DNA of 64,000 nt from an uncultured delta proteobacterium (lineage in GTDB: Bacteria; Desulfobacterota; WTBG01; CAIYCZ01): NCBI GenBank assembly GCA_963803975.1, contig CAWDOY010000003.1, positions 64,001 to 128,000 of the forward strand, read 5' to 3'. The position numbers and the translations under genes were made by a program. The notes under the pieces are model-generated. The model was not told the DNA's origin. It saw only the letters and a program-made list of their open reading frames with translations, and did no database searches. Of the stretch, positions 54,177 to 64,000 are shown in pieces. Positions within the stretch are counted from its first letter, which is position 1, and each line of letters begins with the position of its first letter.

Positions 54177-55046
54177 TTACTTGGCACTTTTCTTCAGCTC
54201 CTGCTCAACCTGCTGCGACAGAGCATCGATAGAGCGCCCTCTAAAAGCCCTGCCATTAATAAAAACTGACGGGACACCTCTAATGCCCAGTTTCTTGCCG
54301 AGGTTCAGATCTTCAGCAATGATTGTTTTCAAGGCGTTATCCTCACGCTCTTTATCAAAGGCTTCCATGTTGATGCCGGTCTGCTGCGCGTACTCTTTGA
54401 TGGTCTGATCATTTAAATTTTTAAAATTCTTGAAATAGAGGCTGCTTAGCTCACGGTATTTATTCTGTTTTGCCGCGGCAAGGGCTGCCATAGCTGCTTT
54501 TTCTGCAAACGGGTGCATGCGCAAGGGGAAATGCTTGATAACAAGACACACTTTTTGGGGATATTTATCCAGGAGTTGTTCTATCACCGGATATATTGAT
54601 GTGCAGTAGGGGCACTGGAAGTCAAGAAAGGCAACTATACGAACCGGAGCATTTTTATCGCCAATAACCGGTGACCGGCCTATCTCGATATCATAGACTG
54701 TTGAAATTTTTATAATGGAAACTTTTTTCCCGTCAGTGCTGGCAAGAAACAGCGACTCTCCATCGGGGGCAACGGACATATGGGAATAATCATCGGTTAC
54801 AGCAATCTTGTCGGTAATTTCATTGCGCTCAATTGAGTAAACATAAATACATTTATTGCCCAGTATATATGCCTTGGTTCCATCAGGGGAATTGGCAATA
54901 TCTAAGGGCTTTTCTTCAAGGTTCAGTGTTTTAATCACTTCCGTCTCAATGGCGGCATGGGCAATTCCGGCCTTAGAACATATTACACATACCATAGCAG
55001 AGACAAGAACTGCCAGGACTGAAGCACTAATTCTCATTCGTTTCAT
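54177..55046 (-). CDS. DsbA-family thioredoxin with a partial N-terminal YVTN/WD-like propeller segment
   Basis: Signal peptide, 'SPDG' blades, 'DFQCPYC', 'KHFPL..H', 'GVPS.FING'. Confidence 0.88.
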   Translation of the reverse strand: MKRMRISASVLAVLVSAMVCVICSKAGIAHAAIETEVIKTLNLEEKPLDIANSPDGTKAYILGNKCIYVYSIERNEITDKIAVTDDYSHMSVAPDGESLFLASTDGKKVSIIKISTVYDIEIGRSPVIGDKNAPVRIVAFLDFQCPYCTSIYPVIEQLLDKYPQKVCLVIKHFPLRMHPFAEKAAMAALAAAKQNKYRELSSLYFKNFKNLNDQTIKEYAQQTGINMEAFDKEREDNALKTIIAEDLNLGKKLGIRGVPSVFINGRAFRGRSIDALSQQVEQELKKSAK

Positions 55047-55230
55047 AGAACCCCCTTTAGCACGAGTGCGTTGTATAGAGATACTGTCTTATAATTTAAT
55101 GACTCACCAGTTTGTATAATAAATTATTATTTTTTACAATAGAAATCTGAACAGGACGCGCTCTCATAATAACAGCTATATAAATTTCGGGGAAAGTCCT
55201 GAAATCTGAACGGTTGCAGACTTATTTTTA

Positions 55231-55260
55231 TTGACATTTAAGCATGCCTTCCCTTATAAA
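55231..55260 (+). promoter_or_regulatory. Putative sigma70 promoter of fusA2
   Basis: TTGACA-N18-TATAAA about 100 nt upstream of the start codon. Confidence 0.45.
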
Positions 55261-55363
55261 TAAATGTTTACAGTATATATTAGTTCAATGCCCATCATCA
55301 GTTACTGGCTGATCATTTTCCATAATCACGGTAAAAATTAACCACTGGAGAAGGAAAACAGGC

Positions 55364-57451
55364 ATGAAAAAATATGAATCCAAGGACATACGCAATGTTG
55401 CTCTCGTTGGCCACGGCAAATCAGGAAAAACCTCGTTAGCAGAAACCTTCCTCTATAACGGAAAAGCCACCGATCGTCTCGGCAGGGTTGATAACGGCGA
55501 CTCGGTACTGGACTTTGACCCGGAAGAAAAAGCACGACAATTGACTATTAACAGCGCTTTTCATCACGTTAACTGGAAAAAGTGCATGGTTAATATAATT
55601 GATACGCCAGGGGATGCAAACTTTATTGCAGATACACACAACAGCCTTCAAGCGGCTGATGGTTCGATACTTGTTATTGAAGCAACCTCGGGCGTTCAGG
55701 TGATAACTGAAAAGGTATGGCAATACCTGAATGAGTTTAAGTTGCCGCGCCTGATTGTGATTAATAAACTCGACAGGGAAAATTCAGATTTTTACGCGAC
55801 CCTGGATAACATCAAAAACAAACTCAAAATAAACCCGCTGGCACTGCAAATCCCTATCGGCAGGGAAGCCGATTTTAAAGGTGTTGTTGACCTGGTTAAA
55901 ATGAAAGGTTTTGTTTTTGCTGATGATGAGTCGGGAGATTTTAAAGAAAGCGAGATTCCCGATGACTGCAGGGAGCAGGCTGCTGCCCAGCGCCAGAAAA
56001 TGATTGAAGATGTTGCTGAAGCACATGAAGAACTGCTGGAAAAATTTTTAGACGGACAGGAACTCTCGCCGGAGGAAATAAGCACCGGCATCAAAAAGGG
56101 CATTTTAAATCAGACCCTCATTCCCGTACTGTGCGGATCAGCGCTGAGCAATATAGGCATTAAGACCATAATGGATGCAGTGGTAGAATATCTGCCATCT
56201 CCCCTGGATAGAGGAGCGTTAGAAGTTTTAGATCTCAAGACAAAAGAAAAAAAGAAGCTGGAGCCGAAAGAAGCCGCCCCCCTTGCTGCTTTTGTATTTA
56301 AAACCATTGCTGATCCATACGCAGGAAAGCTCACTATCTTCAGAGTTTTCGCGGGGACCCTGAATGCTGACAGCACGGTGTTCAATGCAACCAAAAAGGT
56401 TAAGGAAAAGATAGGGCAGATTCTGCTGCTGGAAGGGAAGGGGCAGAAGCCGACGGAAAGCGCTATTACCGGAGATATTGTGGCCCTGGCAAAACTCAGG
56501 GAGACAACCACCGGTGACACGTTCTGTGATGAAAAGAATGAACTGTCTTTCGATAAGATAAAATTTCCCAGCCCGGTCATTTCATATTCACTTGCTCCTA
56601 AAAGCCGCGGTGACGAAGATAAAATGAGCAATGCGCTCGCCCGGCTTATAGAAGAAGACCCTTCGCTCACCATTCAACGGGAAGAACAGACCCATGAATT
56701 TATCCTCTCCGGCATGGGGCAGATACATCTGGATGCCACGATTGAAAAATTAAAAAGAAAATTCGGCGTTGAAGTGGAAACCGACATCCCGAAAATTCCC
56801 TACAAGGAGACGATCAAAGGAAAAACCAGAATACAGGGCAAGTATAAAAAGCAGTCCGGCGGGCGGGGCCAGTATGGCGATGCCTGGCTTGAAATCGAGC
56901 CGCTGCCCCACGGTGCCGGTTTCGAATTTGCTGATAAGATAGTGGGCGGGTCCATACCAAGAAATTATATACCATCTGTTGAGAAGGGCGTTGCTGAGTC
57001 GATGCATGAGGGCGTGCTGGCAGGATATCCGGTTGTTGACATTAAAGTTTCAGTTGTTGACGGGTCCTACCATGAAGTTGATTCATCTGATATGGCTTTT
57101 AAAATAGCTGCCTCCATGGGGTTTAAGAAGGGCTTTATGGAATGCCATCCCATTCTGCTTGAGCCGGTTATGAATGTTGAAGTTACCGTTCCGGAGGAAA
57201 TGACCGGTGATATTATCGGCGACATGAACAGCAGAAGGGGACGGGTGCTTGGCATGGACCAGGGCGTGGGCGGCCAGGTGGTCAAGGCAACAGCGCCGCT
57301 GGCTGAAATGCTCCGCTATGCGTCTGACCTCACTTCGATCACCAGCGGCAGGGGAATGTTCACCATGGAATTTGATCATTACGATGAAGTTCCGGCGCAT
57401 TTGAGTGAAAAAATAATTGCTGCAGCAAAAACCGAAAAAACGGAAAAATAA
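55364..57451 (+). CDS. fusA: Elongation factor G, EF-G2-type paralogue
   Basis: GHGKSGKT, DTPG (DTPGDANF rather than HVDF), NKLD, KQSGGRGQYG, YHEVDSS; not in an rpsL-rpsG-tuf context. Confidence 0.93.
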   Translation: MKKYESKDIRNVALVGHGKSGKTSLAETFLYNGKATDRLGRVDNGDSVLDFDPEEKARQLTINSAFHHVNWKKCMVNIIDTPGDANFIADTHNSLQAADGSILVIEATSGVQVITEKVWQYLNEFKLPRLIVINKLDRENSDFYATLDNIKNKLKINPLALQIPIGREADFKGVVDLVKMKGFVFADDESGDFKESEIPDDCREQAAAQRQKMIEDVAEAHEELLEKFLDGQELSPEEISTGIKKGILNQTLIPVLCGSALSNIGIKTIMDAVVEYLPSPLDRGALEVLDLKTKEKKKLEPKEAAPLAAFVFKTIADPYAGKLTIFRVFAGTLNADSTVFNATKKVKEKIGQILLLEGKGQKPTESAITGDIVALAKLRETTTGDTFCDEKNELSFDKIKFPSPVISYSLAPKSRGDEDKMSNALARLIEEDPSLTIQREEQTHEFILSGMGQIHLDATIEKLKRKFGVEVETDIPKIPYKETIKGKTRIQGKYKKQSGGRGQYGDAWLEIEPLPHGAGFEFADKIVGGSIPRNYIPSVEKGVAESMHEGVLAGYPVVDIKVSVVDGSYHEVDSSDMAFKIAASMGFKKGFMECHPILLEPVMNVEVTVPEEMTGDIIGDMNSRRGRVLGMDQGVGGQVVKATAPLAEMLRYASDLTSITSGRGMFTMEFDHYDEVPAHLSEKIIAAAKTEKTEK

Positions 57452-57468
57452 AATTTATAGCATTCTCT

Positions 57469-57978
57469 ATGGATAACGAAAACGTTGTTGACGAATCGCA
57501 GTTTCCCAAGGAACTGATTGAGGAAAAGGAAGAACCGAAGGGGGCGCCGCCGGAGCAGAAGATATCCGAGTCACTCTATGGCAAAATCATGATGATGTCG
57601 GTAAGCGAAAAAATCAAACTGGCCACCATCGGCAACAGGGAAGCACGCAATATTTTAATAAAGGAATCCAACAGAATTGTTCTGAGCGCAGTTATTAACA
57701 GTCCGAAGATGACTGAGGATGATGCACTCATGTATGCATCAAACCGGAGCCTGTCAGACGAAGTAATCAAGCTCATAACCCTGAAAAAAGAGTTTCTGCA
57801 GAATTATAGAATTAAACTTGCCCTGGTGACTAATCCCAAAACACCTCCAACCATTTCCCTCAAACTGCTGAGCCACGTTATGGAAAAAGACCTGCGCAGT
57901 TTGTCAAAAGACAAAAACGTTAACCCGCTAATTTCGCGTCAGGCCATGCGCGTGCTATCCAAACAGGGTAAGATATAA
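57469..57978 (+). CDS. Conserved hypothetical protein (helical-repeat-like)
   Basis: 'M.VSEKIKLA..GN.EAR.ILI..N..V..AV..SP','LVTNPKTP'; clean 169-aa ORF in an operon. Confidence 0.7.
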   Translation: MDNENVVDESQFPKELIEEKEEPKGAPPEQKISESLYGKIMMMSVSEKIKLATIGNREARNILIKESNRIVLSAVINSPKMTEDDALMYASNRSLSDEVIKLITLKKEFLQNYRIKLALVTNPKTPPTISLKLLSHVMEKDLRSLSKDKNVNPLISRQAMRVLSKQGKI

Positions 57979-58003
57979 AACCACGGGGATTTTTAAAGAT
58001 AGT

Positions 58004-58489
58004 ATGAAGGCAGGTATTTTAACTATCAGCGATAAAGGCGCGCGTCAGGAACGCGTCGATACCAGCGGCCCTGCCGTGGCTGCAGTGCTCGCGGAAATCG
58101 GCGCCACGATAGAAAAATATGAAATTATACCTGATGAGAAGGAAGTCATTGCGCGAAAGCTGGTCGAATACGCTGATACCCTGAGCCTTGATTTAGTGGT
58201 GACCACCGGCGGAACCGGTGTGGCGCCGCGGGATGTTACGCCGGATGCAACAAAGATGGTTATTGAAAAGGAAGTTCCCGGCATGGCGGAAGCCATGAGA
58301 ATGGAAAGCTTAAAGAAGACGCCTCATGCGGTTATATCACGGGCCCTCGCAGGAATACGGGGCAGGACGCTCATTATAAATCTCCCCGGAAGCCCCCGGG
58401 GAGCCACTGAAAATCTCCGCACAATCCTCAGCGCAATCCCCCACGCAGTATCAAAAATACAGGGGGACCCCAGCGAGTGTGCAACGTAG
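58004..58489 (+). CDS. mog: Molybdopterin adenylyltransferase MogA/MoaB
   Basis: TISD, D.SG, TTGGTG..PRD.TPDAT, SR..AG.R...IINLPGSP. Confidence 0.93.
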   Translation: MKAGILTISDKGARQERVDTSGPAVAAVLAEIGATIEKYEIIPDEKEVIARKLVEYADTLSLDLVVTTGGTGVAPRDVTPDATKMVIEKEVPGMAEAMRMESLKKTPHAVISRALAGIRGRTLIINLPGSPRGATENLRTILSAIPHAVSKIQGDPSECAT

Positions 58490-58548
58490 CACCCCTGTTC
58501 ACAGTCTCTCTGGAAACCCTTACTGACAGCGCTTATGAAATATTGACA

Positions 58549-58576
58549 AAGGCAGGGCCATTGCTGACCCTGCCTT
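58549..58576. terminator. Hairpin between convergent genes
   Basis: aaggcaggg...ccctgcctt stem. Confidence 0.6.
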
Positions 58577-58598
58577 ACATTTCATTCACCTTGAAGGG

Positions 58599-59256
58599 CT
58601 ATAAAGCCTTTTTAATTCCAGGTATTAATGTTTTAATCCTCTGTTTTAGTTTTGCTTTTAACTCAGGCTTATCTTCAATCAATTTTATTAGTATTGGTGA
58701 ATACTCATAATAAAGTACAACCAACCTTTCCCCTTTCTCTGTTTTCAAAAGTATTTTATCTCTAAATTCCCTAAGTACATTTAAACATTCATCATCATCT
58801 TGCAATATTGTTTCTGCTACACAAGCAGGCCCGCCGCCACCGCCTGTAGAACACTTGCCTACATTTGCACCAGTTCCGCATACCGGATAATCAGATGGGC
58901 AGCAATACCCGTTCCCGCAGTCTATCGGATAATCAGCAGGGCATCCGCCGCCGCCACCGCCACCGTCTTTACCACACTTGCCTACATTTTCACCAGTTCC
59001 GCATACCGGATAATCAGATGGGCAGCAATACCCGTTCCCGCAGTCTATCGGATAATCAGCAGGGCATCCTGCGGCAGTTGACATTGACTGCTCGGGGATT
59101 ATGAAACCATCAATTCCACCGTCCTTTATAAACGCATTAATTAACTCTCCTGAATTATTATCTGTTGCATAAGCCGGACAATTAAAAAGAATTAAACAAC
59201 ACAACAACACCGAAGACAGACATAGTATTAATTTTAATGTGAAGACATTTTTTCAT
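58599..59256 (-). CDS. Secreted protein: two 6-Cys modules plus a CFI-box-CTERM-like domain
   Basis: Signal peptide (A-run indel just after ATG 59256), 2x CPADYPIDCGNGYCCPSDYPVCGTG.NVGKC with poly-Gly linkers, then 'CVAE....LREFRDKIL..T..G..LV.LYY..SP'. Confidence 0.8.
58851..59069. repeat. Intragenic direct repeat, 2 x 96 bp
   Basis: 58851-58946 and 58974-59069 match except for one base (tttgcacc vs ttttcacc). Confidence 0.9.
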
Positions 59257-59748
59257 AACATATCCCCTTTCCAAAAATTGACTGTATACCACCAGAAGTG
59301 ACAAACTTTTTACTCTCTCACCTCCTTTCTGCGACGAACTACACTTTATTACATCCCCTCCGGAGAGTCAAGTCAAGTTTTTAGTTGAATTTTCTGACCT
59401 GCTATGTAAATAGACCCTGTATGGCTTGCCCATTTCCTGTAAATCAATGGCATCCAGTTTCTTCTCACCTCCTGTATAACGTCTCCGCATCATCATGCCC
59501 ATTTCCAATTAAAATTGCATCCAGTCTCTTCTTCCCCTGTGAAATTATCCGTACCTCCGATCTGTCAGTTCTTCACGACCATACAACTGCTCAAATACTT
59601 TTCTTGACTCTTTTCTCTTACTGGTATTTAATTTACATTAGTGGCTCCTTTATTTTTTAGGGCGTCCGTGGATTATGCCACGGGGGGCCACTACCTCAAA
59701 TTTCAAAAAAATGCAATATATCCACCCTCTTGATGAGAGGAGGCATCT

Positions 59749-61592
59749 ATGGTCAATCAACTATTAGAACTGCAGGCAACATTATTGAGGTATCTGTATA
59801 TCGCCATAAGCGTAATGTTCACAGTTATGGCTGTTCCACAGCAGGGTTATTCTCTTGAACCCCCCCGCACAGGCGAAATAGAACAGTATAAAAAAGACGG
59901 CTCATTTCCCGACCGCAAGTGGTTTGCAGAGTATCTGCAAAACAATAAATTTCATCCTGACGTAATCAAGCGGAAAATTGCACGGATGAAGTCCTCTCAG
60001 CATGGCAGCCAGATTACCACAAAAACTCTGTTCCCCTATAAAACAGGGCTTCCGGCAGAGGGTTCGCCTAAAATAGTCGTGCTGTTAGTTGACTTTCCCA
60101 ACTACCCGCATACCACTGACCCATCTGTGTTTGCAGAGAAACTATTTGGCAACGGAGACCCGAGTGCAATACCATTTGACAGCCTGAAAAATTATTATCA
60201 GCGTTCTTCGTATGGCAAGCTCAACATACAGGGAACGGTACTGGGCTGGTACCGGGCACGTCACCGGCGGGGGTTCTATAGCCTTGGATATCAAACCCGT
60301 CACAGTATAAACGGCGTTAAAAACCTCATCAAAGAAGCTTTCAATCATTATGCTGCTGAGCATGACTTTTCACAGTATGATAACAATGGAGATGGCAAAA
60401 TCGATTATTTTTGTATTATCTGGACCGGACCTGACAGGGGCTGGAGTTCAATCTGGTGGGGCTGGTGCAACAATACCGGAAGCTTGTTTGAAAATGATCC
60501 CTTTACCGTAAGCGGAAAAGGCCTTAGCGTTTTTTCCTGGCAATGGGAAAAAAATGAAGGACAAAATCAGCCTGAATATACCCCCCAGACAATCATTCAT
60601 GAAACAGGGCATGGTCTTGGGTTGCCGGACTACTATGATTATGATGAAAAAAAGGGGCCCAGCGGCGGCGTGGGCGGACTTGATATAATGGATGGCAACG
60701 ACTATGACCACAACTGCTTCAGCAAGTGGATGCTGGAATGGTTAACGCCTTCGTGCCAGATCACCAGCGGTGCATATTCCGTATCCCTAAAGCCTACTGC
60801 TATAACTAAAGAGTGTGTGGCAATAATGCCCGGGACCGGCACCATAGATCCTTTTTCAGAATTCTTCATGGTACAGAATCGCACTGCGGGAATAGAAAAT
60901 GATTTTAGATTACCCAATAGCGGTTTATTCATCTGGCATATAGATGCCCGGCTAAACCAGGACGGGACCAATTTTCAATTTGATAACAGTAACACTGAGC
61001 ACAAGCTTCTTCGGCTCATGGAAGCTGACGGCAGAGAACACCTGGAAACTTTAGGCAGGGTAAAAGAGGCATATTTTGATCCGCTTGATTTTTATGTGCA
61101 GGGCACAGAACTCACGCCAAATTCAACGCCAAACAGCAGGGATTATGCGGGAAACGACACGGGCATTATAGTGAGGAACATCGTGGCAGACCCGGCTACT
61201 CAAACAATGATGGCGGATTGTGCCATCGGTGAATATTCCTCTACCCAAACGACGATTCCAGACAACCCAACAACATCAATTCCCGGAAACATATCTACAA
61301 CAACCATCATCCCGGGACAAACCACTTCAACAATAATTCCAGGAGACACAACAACCACTATTCCTGGCGGCGAGACGACAACAACAATTCCAGATTTCAT
61401 AACAACAACTACTGCAATTGATGTATTCACAACAACAATACCAGGGGGGGTAACTACAACAATAATATCATCAAATTGTCCTCCAGAGTATCCTATAGAC
61501 TGTTATAACGGCTATTGCTGCCCTGCGGATTATCCATACTGCGGTATGGGCTTTATATGGGCTTTTGCTTTACAGAACCGCCTGCTCAATGA
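59749..61592 (+). CDS. Secreted M6-family (immune inhibitor A-like) metalloprotease with Thr repeats and a C-terminal 6-Cys module
   Basis: 'VLLVDFP','SL..YY..SSYGKL','DFSQYD.NGDG.ID','HETGHGLGLPDYYD','WMLEWL'; TTTIPG repeats; CPPEYPIDCYNGYCCPADYPYCG. A probable indel near 61553 restores '..GFC..PAQ*' ending at 61592. Confidence 0.85.
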
Positions 61593-61639
61593 TTATTTAA
61601 ACTCGCAGCAAGAGCTTTTATTCAAAACAAGGAGGGTAT

Positions 61640-63693
61640 ATGCAAAGAATAAGAACGTATATTTTACCAATTATTAGTCTTAGTTTATTTTTCCTTAATG
61701 GATTATTAAACACTGCACATGGTGCTAACGGAATAAAAATATTTGCAAACGAGCAAAGCAGACAAAATATTCTACACCCATGCCTACCAGAAAGACGGCG
61801 CTTGGTTTTCAAACCTCTACGCCATGAATCCTGATGGGACAGAACCAACGCAGGTCACCGATTTTTATCCTGCCAATGCATCAGAAGCAAGCATTTCAAC
61901 TGATGGGCAAATATCTTATATTTCACGTCAAATTATCAATCTTATAGAAGCTACAATTATGAAGACATTTTCCGGCTTGAATTCAACGGTCTTAAGCTGA
62001 CCAGAATTACCGGCATGGAATATGTCTCTGCAAAAAAAACCGGTTCAGTTGCACAAAAAATAACTGATGACACAGACAGAAGAAATTTCACCAGAGCAGC
62101 TATGTAGCATCATTTCAGGGATCGACGACGTATTATAATGTGCAAAAACTGATTGATACGACAGGCACACTTGATGGCGTCCCTGCCACTAAGGTCTGGG
62201 TTAAGGTACTTAAGGATAAATTCATAGGATCGGTTGGTTTTGTTGATGTGCCCGCGGGTAAAACAGCTGTTATCAATATGAAACTGAGCGATGGTAATTA
62301 TCTGGCATACAGCCCCAGCTGTTCACAAGGATGGATCAAAATTTGCCGGCATTTATGCACATGCTTTTTATGATTGGACTATGATATTCAGAGACCTCAG
62401 TCCTAATATCGTACAGACCAATCTGACCACCTGGGATACCAGCGGCAAGATGATTGACCAGCAGCAGAACAGCGAGACGGGAGATGCCTATCCGCAGTAC
62501 TCTCCGGATGGCAGCAAAATTGCCTATACCCGGGGTGGCGGAGGGAAGGAGTCGGTGGTTGTTGTTCCCAGTAATAGTCTCAATGCTGTCCCTACCGTTG
62601 TTGCAGAAGGAGGATTTGACACAGCAACGGTTAAAAGCTTTGGGTACTCTAATCCAGCCTGGTCATTGGATGGCACAAAAATAGTTTGTACCTATACGGT
62701 TTCCTCATCCGCTTCGATAAATGGTAATTTAGTATTACTCAATAGCGATGGAACCGGAAATAAAATTCAACTCACCAATGTTCCTAAGAATGCTATACCG
62801 GTGCAGCCTGCTTTCAGCCCTGACGGCGAATGGGTTGCCTACGCACTGGTTACTTCAAAGGGTTCAATATTACGTGATACTGATCTTATGACCCATAACT
62901 TTACTGCCAATATATTCAAGCAGTCCATATCCGGAGGAGAGCCCGTACAGCTTACTACTGACGATGCTGCCGGTGAGCCAAACTGGGGAACTATAGGCCA
63001 GGTTACACCACCTGGTGACAACAACGACAACAGTGCCGGGGAGGAGATGAATGCCCGGAAGACTGGCCAATACCCTGCGGTGGCGGTGATGGAGACTGCT
63101 GCTCCCCTGACTACCCCAGCTGCTGTTCCAAACAGAACCCCGTATTGAAAAAAATGTGCTGCCCGGCTGATTTTCCCTATTGCGGCCGCCTGGGCAGGAA
63201 ATGCTATAAGGATCCTCCCGGGATCTGCGCCTTGACAGTTGTAGCTAAGGGAGATCCTGATGTACTGAAAACACTATACCGGTTGCGGGATACTATTTTG
63301 CGTCATACTGATAAGGGCAAGCAATATAAGGCTCTTTATTACAAACATTCTCCCGAGTTTATTAAAATCCTCAATGAAGATGCTGCACTGATGGAGCAGG
63401 CAGAAAATGTTCTCTACTGGATGCTGCCAGGCATTGAATCATTTACTGCAAGCCGTAAAATCACTATGACGCAAGATATGCTCCAGGAGATGCTCAGGCT
63501 CTGTGAAAGCATCAGCAAAAAAGCCAGCCCTGATTTAAAGCAAACAATAACACTAATAGAAAAAGACCTCAGGCAGGGACAGCTCTTTGATGACCTGGTC
63601 AAATTTGATCCTGCTGTGCTTCTGCAAAAGCAGCCTGAAAGCGTAGAGCCAAAATCCCGTTTCTTGAAGACTTTTACAAGCGCTTCACCTTAA
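61640..63693 (+). CDS. TolB-like (PD40) beta-propeller secreted protein with Cys module and CFI-box-CTERM-like tail (several indels)
   Basis: Signal peptide; 'LY.MNPDGT','P.YSPDGSKIAY','PAWS.DG.KI','PAFSPDGEWVAY'; 'CPEDWPIPCGGGDGDCC..DYP.CC...CCPADFPYCG..G.KC'; 'C......LYRLRDTIL..T.KG....LYY.HSP'. Confidence 0.75.
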
Positions 63694-64000
63694 AGAGAGC
63701 GTTGTAATAAGACACTCAACCGTTGCATCATATTGTGATGATGTGTTCCTTTCCAGTAAATCTTTCTGCAGCAGGGACATTGCGAAAAATCGTTTATTGT
63801 ACTGAATACATAATCAGGGACATTTTCCGCAACCAAAGCTTTTTCAATTGCTGCGAGCAATTCGTTACATAAAAGGCAGCGGGTGAAAAAACGGGAGCTG
63901 TCAGCCTGCAGGCTGAAATGACTGATGACATCCTGTAATTGCTCGTACGGATAATTGCTTTGAATGAAGTAGCTTGATGCCTGCTGCTCTGAAAGCAGTT
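63690..64000 (-). CDS. Mut7-C RNase (PIN/Zn-ribbon) domain protein, 3' part only
   Basis: Hand translation: ...EQLQDV...FTRCLLCN..L...VPDYV...FSQCPCCRKIYWKGTH...*; 5' end lies outside the window. Confidence 0.8.
   Translation of the reverse strand, partial: LLSEQQASSYFIQSNYPYEQLQDVISHFSLQADSSRFFTRCLLCNELLAAIEKALVAENVPDYVFSTINDFSQCPCCRKIYWKGTHHHNMMQRLSVLLQRSL

Noticed and set aside
58851..59069. CRISPR array or mobile repeat
   Set aside because: Only two in-frame 96-bp coding copies, with no spacer array and no cas genes.
61245..61465. Thr-rich acaaca repeats as a VNTR or contingency locus
   Set aside because: Degenerate at the DNA level; explained as TTTIPG protein linkers, also seen at 43915-44060 and 50745-50810.

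Overview
A 64-kb, roughly 50% GC bacterial chromosomal segment whose gene content fits an anaerobic deltaproteobacterium (Desulfobacterota-like; inferred from gene content only). Many genes, including essential ones (ffh, yidC, rnpA), are split by 1-nt indels, often in homopolymer runs. This points to an unpolished long-read consensus rather than true pseudogenes. From left to right: a DUF1329/DUF1302/RND/YCF48 envelope transport cluster with a NarL-type two-component system and a second DUF1329 paralogue; nadK-recN-GNAT; mnmE-jag-yidC-yidD-rnpA-rpmH, with a 152-bp MITE inserted at the yidD stop and no dnaA next to rpmH; MFS, AGCS and MacAB-type transporters; glgA-GH57; a K+ channel, a PurH-like protein, ffh and transketolase; an unusual PorD / degenerate PorB / NuoE-fusion / NuoF redox operon; a Tat-exported group 1 [NiFe]-hydrogenase cluster with atypical partner genes and a 37-aa RiPP-like peptide; cooC, panE, a DsbA-like gene, fusA2 and mog. 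Between 43.6 and 63.7 kb lie four secreted modular proteins (M30-like protease, M6 protease, TolB-like propeller, stand-alone repeat protein). All share a 6-Cys 'CPxxYPxxCxxGxCCPxxYPxCG..GxC' module or a variant of it, and three carry a C-terminal CFI-box-CTERM-like domain. This family is the best candidate for an undescribed system. No rRNA, tRNA or CRISPR array was seen.
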